Source: Magallana gigas
Taxonomy: Eukaryota
Assembly: GCF_963853765.1 (NCBI RefSeq)
Contig: NC_088859.1
Coordinates: forward strand, 43,586,001-43,650,000
Direction of reading: 5' to 3'
DNA length: 64,000 nt
The translations under genes and the position numbers were made by a program. The notes below the pieces were generated by a model, which had not been told where the DNA came from, ran no database searches, and was given only the letters and a program-made list of their open reading frames with translations. Shown one piece after another: positions 49,646-60,918 of the stretch (the first letter of the stretch is position 1; each line of letters begins with the position of its first letter).

Positions 49646-52600
49646 ATGGCGTCCTTTGTTGTAGTCCTCGTAATTTCAGCATGGATAGGTATGTCTTCAT
49701 ATATCTTCCCCACCGAGAACAAAATCATCTTAAAGATAAAAACAATTAGTGTAACAGTATCGAGAAAACAAACATTAGACTCAGAGAAACAGTTAAAAGT
49801 TCAAAGATGCCTGTTTAATACTCACAGTCATATGTAACTGTCTTTACATAATCAGTCACGTCATTCTGTGGACTATTGGTGTATGTTTACAGTGGACATT
49901 AGAGGGGTTTCTCTCACCACTGCCACATCGTGTACTGACAACCCCTTTCTCAAGTGTTCCCTTCTAACCCCCGAGATGTGTGAACAGGACTGCGTGGCCA
50001 ACGCACTATGTCCCGGCTTCTGCAACACTTGCCGTGAGTTCTGCCAATTAAAACGACTAATGGTTTAGTAAATAATAGTATAGCATCAAGTTAGATAATA
50101 AGGAAACAATTAATTGGAACAAGATGGGGTACATGTACATGTACTACATCAAATTTTAGATAATAAATTATGTTCAGGGAGGTACATGTATATATATATA
50201 TATTGTATATGACATACGTGCATGGTATAATTCAGAAAGGAAATATCCTCGATATGACAAAATATGACAAATTCGAGAATTTGTTTATACATGTATTTTT
50301 TATTCTAGAGACATAAACCCCAGTATAATTTTCAATCATATTAACAATTAGTTCCAAGCTTATTCTAAAATTGTACCACAGGGAGGAAGTGCTACCATTG
50401 TGACGCCGTGGACAGACCGGAAGAATGCCACAACAAGACCGTCTGTCAACTAAATCAGGTATAACAGTGTGTCTTATGATGGATCTAATCGGTATCTTAT
50501 AGCGCTACATTTAAAAAAAAATTATGTTTGTAAATTATTTTTTTTATCTAAGATAAGAAAGCTGAAAAATATATTTGTCTTATTGAATTTCACTAATTTG
50601 ATGCTCACTCGTAAGACTACATAATGAAAAATGCCTATCGTATGTACCGGCGAACAGAAGACAGAAAATTTACATTTAAAGGTATACTAGTATGTGGCAT
50701 ATATTTCATGCAAAGAAATGATTGATTGATTTATTTAGATATGTTAAATAAAGATATATCTTCACAATAAATTACGCAGTTTATATCAATCGGGTTATAA
50801 AGATATAGAAATTAATAAATACTTTTTATAATTATTTTCGCGTCCACAATAAATACAGCATTTGAATAAACCCCGCCTTAAATCGGCCACGTGATAGCAC
50901 GCTCGGCAATGGCGACGACGAGAAAGATAGGTATACCCGTAATCCGTAATACCGTTAAGTTTGACAGATTTGGCCAAGAAAGAAAAATAGACAGACTGAC
51001 AAGGATAGGAACAAAGGGAAGATTGTCATCGGAGATCATGTAGATTGATGGGATAGGAATTAAAGCCGAATTAAACTTAAGTTTAATAAGTTTTTATCAT
51101 GAAGTTGTAGGGGTTTTGCTAGTCAGGTTCGTTCGTGCTTCATGTGTTCCATGTCGTTATGAACCACAAGTGGATTTTCGTTAAGAGAAAATTTTGAATA
51201 AAGAATAAATAAACACTCTCAGTACATGCATCCCTCATGCATGAGAGGGGATATTCACTCATTTTAACGTGTCGTTGACGCTTATTTAAAATAGTGGTTC
51301 ATCTTTATTACACATAATTAGCAATTTTTATCGTTCTACATTAATGAATAACGGAATAATAATGCGTCGGGTATCATCTGATATAAGAATTATCTAATTT
51401 AAGACACGAAAAACGTGATTCTAATTTGTAAACAAACTGTTCTTCCATCGTGTTTTGAAAACTAGGTTTTCCCGCACTCATGCGCAGTGGCGTTACAAAT
51501 GGCTGATCACATTGATATTCATCAGACGTGTTGCAAAGTTTACAGACAAATTACTAAAGAAAGAACATGTTTTACGAGCCTAGAGTTTGTGAAACATCTA
51601 ATTATAAGAAGCATGATGCATATTTTTACTAAAACTCATGTCAAAATTTTTACTCCAAATACGCCACATATACCATATACCTTTAAACGCGTGGTTTATT
51701 TTCAAATTCAAAATGACAGCATGTTCACAAAATATATGTACATCAAATGACTAAATTTTGTATAAAGGTCTGTATTGTGACGCAAACTTTCACCGAGTCG
51801 CTGGAGGAAAAGTTCCGGTTAGGATGCGTAGACAAAAGCGTAAGTTTACAACGTATACCATAAAGGTAATTTTATGTATCCAATAAACAATAAACAAATG
51901 ACATGGCAAATTTTAAATTTTGTCAAAATTATCCCAACAGATCTGCATGAATTTATACGGAAGCATTCAATCTAGAAGGTCTATTTCGTTTGACGGCGGA
52001 TGCTGCGATCACAACTACTGCAACAAGCATGACCCGGATGTCAGCACTGTTGTTCCAATTACTGGTATTAATGAAGCCCCTTCCCCTCCCAACATCCAAG
52101 TTTCACGCATAGAATATGTAACATATAAAAAAAAACACTTTGCGAGATGAAACTATTGCCTTTTTGGTAGATTAATGATAGTAACTCTTAAATGAAAAAA
52201 AACAACAAAAAAACAAAAACAAAAAAAAAGTTGTAAAAGTTGGGGGAAAAACAAAAAAAAAAAAGCCTTAAAAAGCATCATCCAAGTCTTAATCATGTGT
52301 AATAAAGAACGATTTGTGTCTTTTTTGACATTACTTTTTCTAATAAATTGTTTCAGAAAAAGTGACCACCCCCGTGGCCTCACCATTGGATCTCTGTCGC
52401 GATATTGATGCTAACTTCTGTGCTTTTGGGGGAACCAAAGAATGTTACATATCTTGCTTTGCCAACATGTGTCCCGTAACTTGCAAGAAATGCGGTTAGA
52501 ACTTATAATTCTGCTTAAAACTTAAAATCCTAACGACAGTGTGGGATTTTAATCACCAAATCGTGAATGTAGACAAAAGCATAATACATATAGACGCTTG

Positions 52601-53547
52601 AATGTAAGCAGTTTGTGGTAGAAATTTTTATATTTGAAAATGTTTTGTTGCAGTTCCACAAGGCACGCGTAAGTACACAATGCATTCTGTTTGGAAATTA
52701 ATATTTCATTTTTCTTAAAAAAAATCATTTCGACAAAAAACAAAGTTTTGGGTTTATATAGGAACCATTAAAGGGACATGGTCACGATTTTGGTGTCATT
52801 TGTTGAGTTATAAGCGAGTAACAGAGTTTCAATTCTTCGCTATGTAAACAAAGCTTTTGTTTACATTTTGAATGTTGAAGTGAAAATCCTAGTTTTAAAC
52901 ACAAAATGAATGTATTAATCGTTAGGAACTGATAATTCATGCTTAAAATGAATAAGAGGATAGACAAATCAGTTTTAAAATTTTTTTTTACTGGTATATT
53001 GAACCTATGTAAGCAAAAACAGGGCAAGAATTGCAAGCCCTGTATCTTGCCTAAAACTCAACGACTGGCACCCAAATTTCATTTGCTCATTAGAAATCCA
53101 TTCATAAAGCATTGTAAAAAATAAAAACAGAAAAATAAGATTTGACCAAAACCGTGACCATGCCCCTTTAAACTTAGAGATTATCACATTTCACGCGCAC
53201 TGAATAAATAGAGACATTATCTTTCTTTAGACAGGATATTGAAATGAATCATATTTTTGTATGTTTAATTTGTAAAGCGATTTTAAAGGAATAGAATTCT
53301 CTGAGTGATTGTAACCGTTGTTTACGAATGTTCAAGTACTAGTAATTTGCATGACTTGTTTTGGTAAAATATTACAATGAGTTTGAAATTCCCATCAAGC
53401 TGTTCAGTTTTATTTTCATCTGTACATAGTGCAGTGCCTTAGTTGCCCGGAAGTGAGCAGCGCGCAAGAATGTAACAACACCAAAGTGTGCAAACAGTCC
53501 GAGGTGAGGAGACCTTTTTGTCGCTTTACATGCACAGGGGATCAAAG

Positions 53548-53590
<43 letters not shown>

Positions 53591-55424
53591 TGTATCATAG
53601 ATATGTTCATTGTAAGTGCAAATAGTCCTCCACAAAGAGAAATCGTGTACTACAGATATCTCTCGTACATGTAAGGGTCATTCAAAATGTTTTGTCATCT
53701 ACAATTCTCCAGTAAGAATTAACTATATATCATAACTGTTGTAATTGTAGCTGTTGAATGAATTCCTTATCTCTTATATATCCTCTCTGTTTTGAGTTTA
53801 CAAAGTTTGATAATGATAGTCTTTTACCTTACCGTGCATGCTTTACTGTTTTCTAGTGAAAAGGGATTGCAAACCGAAAAAATAAGAACCAATGTAACAA
53901 TCAATGCACCTATATGTTTTAGTTACATGTATATATCCAGTGCCTCTATATCTTTATGTTAGGTCTTACATAAACCAATGCTGTTGAGGTTTTTTTTTAG
54001 GTTTGTATTGCAACGGAGACCCAAAATTCTGAATTCCAAAGGAAGGCCAAATTGGACTGCGTCAGTAGAGCGGTGAGCACATTTAAATCCTAGCGTTAGT
54101 TCATACCCTGTGTGTGAAGTTTATCAAAGTTAAATTTTCCGATCCATAACAGCCCCAGATTCAATTAAAATAAGGTCCTAATATGGATCGGATTCCCCTT
54201 AAAAAAAACGCGGTGGAATCGGAATGATGTTCTACATATATATTGGAAATTCGAGACAATCGCATTATTTAAAACATTTTAGATTTGTGATCATTTAAAT
54301 CTGACCGTTGTGGAAACTCCTGGCACTTCCTCCACTGGGCACGTCGATGGTTACTGCTGCAACACCTCCAATTGTAACTCACAACCTTTACCGGAGCCAG
54401 GTACATAAAGACCTTACAATATTACCACTTTTTAACAGTCATTGACTCTCCCTCACCAATTTCATTCTGCAGTGTGAGAAAAGAGACATTGGGGAAAGAC
54501 AGATATGCGTGACGTTCTATTGCTTCATGTATATCTAGGCAATCAAAATCGGCTGTGATAAATGCTACAGTATTGAAATTCTATGTGATCAAATACTTAT
54601 AAATTATGAAAGCCGGATTAGCTTATTTTTATATTTTTATAATAAACCTCGTTATGATGAGATGAAGATTTACTTAATATTTGTCAAAATACTAAATGCT
54701 TTCATTTTAAACTCACCTTTTGCTATGATATTTCCAATACTATATGAGTTTTTGTGCAATGCAACTAAAATACAATGCTTAATGATTAAGTATATGATAT
54801 GCTTTGCTGTGAGATTTGATAAAATTCCTAAACATAATAAATATTTTATAATTTCGTTAAAAAGAATTACTTATTCGTTAAAACGACATAATTATTTATT
54901 TTTTACTTTCTCACAAATAAACTTATACCGTAAATCCAGTTTTCAGATACATGTACAACCATTTATTGATAATTTTACGAAAGAAGATTTGTATCAAAGC
55001 ACTTAAAAGACATTTTTTGGGATACCTGGGTTTTTTTTATTCGTTTCGGTTCGCAATTTTAGCTGTTTGTAAGAGTAACAACTTTGAAGAAGAAATGTGT
55101 TTTAAATTTCCGGCTAAATGTCAGAAATTTCTTTTAATGATGAGAAATGTGATTTTATTTTTTGGTGTCGTACAATCTTATTAAAAGCAGATGTTAAATC
55201 CGTAGCGAGTAAGCGAGCGAATCAAACATCTTATTTTAATTAGATTGGATGTCGTAACGACCGTATCTATGACAGTGATAAGATATGTAACACTTCGATT
55301 ATTAAATACCATTATCAAAACTTTAAAACTGAAAAAAAATAATTTAGCTAAAAAGCCATTTTTCGTTTCAGAAACAACAACTTTGCCAACAACAACATTA
55401 AATCCAGAAGCAAATCCAGGCAAT

Positions 55425-55502
<78 letters not shown>

Positions 55503-57360
55503 TAAAGTCTATAATTTTCACTATTCTTGTTTGCATTTTGCAGGCTGTCCAATGTCTTTTCAGCGATGTCCTCATAATTTCCACAAGCTTCATAACTCGT
55601 GCTATCTGTTCACCAACGACAAATACACCTTTGATGCTGCCTCTGTATGTACTCTATATATACTACTAAAAAAGGCGAAATGTATTGAGAAAGCTTAATG
55701 CTATATAAAGCCCCCCCCCCCAAAAAAAAATAAAAATAGTTGAAAAAAAATCCAAAACAATTAATAGAAAAATGTTTTTTTTATGAATGTCAGCTTGCCT
55801 ATTGATGTCATGCCTTTACTAATCAATGAAAGATTGGAGACATATTTCCCGGTTAAACATTAATTATTCAGTCAGCATTCGAACATGGTGGATGCAATAC
55901 ACATGCATGGAATATAGCGTAACGTGCTTATCCATTTTGTGACCCATAATTTTGAGGGGTATATTTTTGATTACATTCAAACATTTCCCGTTTGTTCATC
56001 TGACTAACGCCGCTTTAAACAATGTTGATTGGATAGAAAGATTGGGGGGGGGGACTACGACTTTTTAGTAAGTTTATTTATTCTTTAATCCAGATGGCTT
56101 GTCAAATCATATCTTTAAAGTACATAGCATAATACATGAGTTACATGACTTAATTATTGACCCCTATTTAATCATCTGAGCAAAGAAAGACATAGTGTCC
56201 AGAGTGTTTTTGAAGAGATCGTAAATTTGAATGTAATTGACGATGATTTTTATTAGAATCGAGATTATTAAAACAAAATGTATGTTCTTATTGTAAACTG
56301 TGTCTGCAACAGATAAAAAATTCACTGTTTTCAACCGCATAACCACCTGTGTTATAATGCATTTCTTCTGTGTAAATATACATATAAAATAGAATTTTGA
56401 CAGTTGTTATGTAGATACTAGTACTACATTTGGTTACTTCATAATTGAGTGTTTTATCAGGCATTTCCAATTTGATTTTAAAATTTTAACAATACGTAAA
56501 AATACCACAGGTTGCTATTTTATGCTCAGTGTTTAAAATTACTTGTATAGTAAGTATTACATGTACGTGTAACATTGTTATTGTTGTGTCATTCACGTGG
56601 TATATCCATCACTGCAGAACTACTGCCACCATCTGTGTGCTAGACCGGTCATCATCAGTACTACCGAGGAAGGACAGGCATTGACTCAACACATCCTCCA
56701 AGGTAAGTCACGTGACTGCTGAAAACTTAAATTTATGGTAGAAATATTTGTTTCGTACTTAGAAATACTTCAGCAATTATAGTGTACGTTTAAATCTTTG
56801 ATGTTCGCAGCATCTTGCAAACACACTTATGTTTAAAAAATTGTTCTCATTTTTCTCGTGCCTTTTCAAATCTTATAAAAGTTTGCGCCTTGTATTTAAA
56901 AGTCTTTTGAAAAGCGGCTATTCATGAGCACCAAATACCAATCAGACATCACCATTTATTTTGTTGATGAGATAATGCTTTCAAAATAATTTTGTACTTA
57001 CCCTCCTCCCACCTCACTCCCACCTCGTTCTTATTTAAAAGTCTTAACTTAAACTATGATATTTATTTTAAGTCTTGCGCCTGTGCTAAATTTTGACTTT
57101 CTATTACAGATCATAACTTAGTAGGGCCATTTTGGACTGACGGAATAAGGAAACACGAACACACACATTGGTTTTGGATGTCTTCGAATCATGACGTCAT
57201 GAACTCGCTCTTCGTTGATCCGAATTCAGTCCACCATGGAGAGTGTCTCATCTTCGGTAGAGAAACATCCTCTCAATTAGCACATGGGGGACATTTCTAT
57301 GCAGATGGCCGATCGTGCTATGGAAGTTATAAAACAATATGTGAAGTTATTCTCAATTAA
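49646..57360 (+). CDS. Secreted mosaic protein: signal peptide, ShK-like, LU (Ly6/uPAR), ShK-like, LU, Thr-rich linker, C-type lectin domain (about 447 aa, 13 exons)
   Basis: Exons 49646-49688, 49893-50033, 50382-50458, 51768-51839, 51941-52064, 52357-52494, 53430-53503, 54001-54072, 54283-54400, 55372-55419 (GC donor), 55544-55644, 56618-56702, 57110-57360, all in phase. Two 10-Cys LU domains end CCxxxxCN. Two C-x7-C-x7-C...CPxxCxxC modules. CTLD with CPHNFHKLHNSCYLF, FWTDG and final ICE. Confidence 0.88.
52772..53167. mobile_element. Non-autonomous TIR element, Kolobok-like (intronic)
   Basis: TTAA at 52768-71 and 53168-71. TIRs AGGGACATGGTCACGATTTTGG / CCAAAACCGTGACCATGCCCCT. Confidence 0.8.
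53548..53588. repeat. (GT)n microsatellite
   Basis: Direct reading. Confidence 0.97.
55427..55498. repeat. (CT)n microsatellite inside the 124-nt GC-AG intron
   Basis: Direct reading. Confidence 0.97.
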
Positions 57361-57711
57361 AATTCACATTCAGTGATTGCTATCAATTTGATTCAAGACT
57401 CATATGCGTGTATTCGGAGTGATTAAAATAAATCAGCCAAATACATCAATATTATATACACGTTTCTGTTTGTCAGTATTAAATCTGGTCATAATTTTGA
57501 GAAAGAAAATGAGATAAAAAGATGTAAGAACTATAACGACGCTGTGTGTAATTCAACAATCATTTAACAGGTTTGTTTGAAAGTTGCCACAATGTGTAGT
57601 ACGTGCTACTTCGTCGAATTGCGAGAGGTGTCTGAAATATGCGATAATCGAACATCAGAGGTATAGTTTAGTCTTTGGTTATCCAAATATTCATATTTTG
57701 CACATACATTT

Positions 57712-57891
57712 CATAGGCGTCGGGACCGGGGGAGGGGCTGGGGGGGGGGGGCGTTAGCCCTCCAACCACTTTTTTTTTAAATTAGGATTTTCACGATTTG
57801 GTGAATTAGGTTTTTTTGGGTTTTTTTTTGCTTGTCAAGATTTCTGAGGATTAGTCTATCCCACCCTTTCAATTTGCTTCCCACACCACTG
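57712..57891. mobile_element. Small MITE-like element with poly-G
   Basis: Begins CATAGGCGTCGG and ends CCACACCACTG (degenerate inverted ends). Confidence 0.4.
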
Positions 57892-58057
57892 CATTTGCGT
57901 TGTTAAAATTGGAGTGAGGAAGAGGAAATGGCAGTCGGCGCTCATTGTTTAATAGCTGCAATAATGTAGCCCTCTCCCGATTTTTTTTTTGTTTTTTGTT
58001 TTTTTTTTGTTTTGGGGGGGGGGGGGAGAGGGCTACAACTTCATAGGGCCTCCGTAA

Positions 58058-59534
58058 GGCCTAAAAAAGAAATTGTGTGTTTAGGGTAACACTGATGAAA
58101 AAATTAGGTTAGGTAGGTAGGGATTTTTTTTTATTTTATCATATTTTTTTGTATGACTCCTAAGAATGTTTGTTTGTTTCATATTTAAAAACGTATTTCT
58201 TATTGGAAATAAGATAAAATTCACAATCGGATAAAATCAGACATCTAACAGTGTTTTCCCTAGAAAATTTTTGAAGCATGGGGGAAGTTTGTCAGAGTAA
58301 GTGCGCGGTGCGGCATTTAAGCGCCTAAGCAGGCGAAATCACTGTGTGTAATAATATAACCATTTGAAGAAACGAACTACATGATATGTACTATAATTGA
58401 TGCATTTTCATGAAATCTACATCAACAAGTATCATTTCAATTCATAATTATATTTTAATATCTGTGTATATTTGATATACAATTTTTCTGTTTTTTTCTG
58501 GCAAAACTAATAACATTTTTTTTCAAAATCAGTTTTTTAAGAGGTTGGTCCTCACAAGTTTTCACAAAACACAAGAAATATAGATTCACATGGCAGTTCA
58601 ACATCAGCTTCTGTCCCACTCCTTCTTCTACATATATATTATACAGAAGAGATTTTTTAGGGGGGGGGGGGGTGTTGAACAAGAAATAGGCAGAACAAGT
58701 CCATACAATTACAGCAAACTTGTTTCAACTTATTCTGGGTAGTTAATATTTCTTGTTTAAATTGGGGGTTCATATGAAAGTTTCTGTGATATCTTGACAC
58801 CAGTTCCTTTCCCCGTTTACATGTACATGTATGTACACAGTCAATCATTTTCATAGGCATACAATATACGATGTTTCTAGTCATGTGACATCGCTTCCGT
58901 GCATTTCTGCAAATAACTGTAGTTTTTTTTTTTATTGTGTACATTTTTTCAAGTTTCCAATATCCTTGCGGCAAATAAAGAGTTCAAGCATATCGAATCC
59001 AAGCTAACACCATCGAGTGAACATTGTGCTATTTATAGATCTTGGAAAATCCACAACATTCGATAATGGCGGAGATGTCGAAAAAAGTACATTATATTAA
59101 AACAAGAAGTAATCACGTCTTTATTTATGCATTAATCACCAATTGATAAACTCAGCTTTAATACATCTTAATCATAAGCTAAGTCCTTAAACCGTAAACC
59201 ACGTGTGCCCCCTTGCTGAGATCGATGTCGAAATTAACTGCGCTCACTGCGGGTAAAGTGTTTTTCTGAAGTTTGAGCGGAGAAACGACAACTTTATATC
59301 TACTAATTACAGTTAAGATGTGTAATAATTAGAAAAAGAATTTTGCTTTGAAATAAACATGCATAGCGGGAAGCATGGCGGCACTGTGTGATGCATGGCG
59401 GGGGATCTTCAATGCATGGCGGTATACCGCCATGCAAAATCGGTCTGGGGAAAACACTGTCTAAAAATGGTAGGATCGGGCCATTTTTGTAGGTTAGGTC
59501 GGGTTACCCGAAACACACAACTTTTTTTTAGGCC
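58058..59534. mobile_element. Non-autonomous Zator-like DNA transposon
   Basis: TIRs of about 33 bp, GGCCTAAAAAA...TGTGTGTTT(A/C)GGGTAAC. TAA duplicated at 58055-57 and 59535-37. GG termini plus TWA target site match the published Zator signature. No intact transposase. Confidence 0.75.
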
Positions 59535-59627
59535 TAATGGTGCAAGTGCGGGAGTGATTCACTCCCGCAACGATTTCGTCTCAAATCGTATATAAATGAC
59601 AATAACATTTGCATTTCTTACCTGAAC

Positions 59628-60224
59628 TCAAACGTTGTAGATGTCTATGGAATAAATTGATCCAAAAATATCAAGTATCGTCCATACATCGGTTATTTTC
59701 GTGTATGTCAACAACGAAAGTTGAATTTGTCCGCCATGTTTACTGACCTTGACCGGTTTTGTTTTGGGACAGCCAATGAAAATTGGCGGATCTTGAACTA
59801 AATATAGGAATTCCCCTATTCTAAACATAATTAACGCGGTGAATATGAATTTTCCATTATATACCATTCCCTTAAATGATCATAATGTTTTAGTGATATA
59901 ACGAGGTAAGATCGATTATTTACACTGACACTCACGTTTTCAAGCCCATCAAAACTCCAAGCGTAAATCCCATAAAATCCCGCGAGAACTGTCATGGCTG
60001 CTGAAAAAGACGACTGGTAAACATGCTGATGTGTTTTATTTGGTTTTGATTTATATACGGTTAGTTTATTCAACCTGAATTAAAAAATCGTTTTATTTAA
60101 AGGAATTGGAATATAAAATCGATCTTTTCAGACCGAAGTCAGCTGCATTAAAAAATTAATTTTGCACCATTACGGAGATCCTGTGGAATTGTAGCATTCT
60201 CCAGTAAACCACAGGGGCTTCAAC
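59628..60224 (-). other. Candidate spliced ORF or lncRNA divergent from RPA2 (exons 60224-60174, 60074-59936, 59820-59748, 59644-59622)
   Basis: Four consecutive segments with canonical AG/GT borders join into one open frame of about 92 codons. Start codon exon not found and no family recognised. Confidence 0.35.
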
Positions 60225-60827
60225 CTGAGTATGCAAGTGTAATATGATGTACTAGTTCTACATAAATTTTTTAAATAAATAAATCTCTGAAGTATAAAGC
60301 CAAACATTTATGTGCTTTTTCACAATTAATATTTAACATTATTGCTATTACTTTATACAACTTTTTATAAATATTTGCCGACATAGCACACCAGCTAAAG
60401 AAAATCAAAAAGCGTCAATGCAGAAACTTCCACTGTTCTTAAAATAGAGACACACAAAGCAAAACTTTAACAAAATATATTTTTGATTTAATCCAAGAGA
60501 GAAGGGGGTGTCTTTCTTTCATGTTATGAATGAAAGATTAGATCTATACATTTCGGGCGTAGACACGGTGCACCTGCAATTCAATGTAAACAAACTACAG
60601 TACTTTCAATGATAACTGTTGTGCACGAATATACATCAAAGAAGCGAAGAAGTAATTTATGAATTTTAAGTATCAACCGAAAGCATGAGTTTATGTTGTG
60701 AAGTCGTCAGTCTTATTCTACAAAGCATGTACTTATCGATATAGCACGACTTTCAGTACTCTCAGCACTTTGATATTCACATACCGGAACGTCAACGAGT
60801 TGGGTTTATAATTTACACAGATTCGCG

Positions 60828-60841
60828 TTTCGCGCCATCTT
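60828..60841 (+). promoter_or_regulatory. Overlapping E2F (TTTCGCGC) and YY1 (CGCCATCTT) motifs upstream of RPA2
   Basis: Sequence TTTCGCGCCATCTT about 80-90 bp before the ATG. E2F control of replication genes is established; occupancy here is inferred. Confidence 0.55.
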
Positions 60842-60918
60842 CAAGAAAAGAGTCAATAGAACGCAAAATATTATCAATTAACTTATAATACGAGTATATA
60901 TTTTTAGACATCAAAGAA

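Noticed and set aside
54439-54513. Possible extra exon after 54400 in the lectin gene
   Set aside because: Would need a 38-nt intron and ends in a stop codon.
55181-55593. ORFs with ER or LS dipeptide runs
   Set aside because: Translations of the (CT)n tract. Only the plus-strand intron-retention reading is kept, as a hypothesis.
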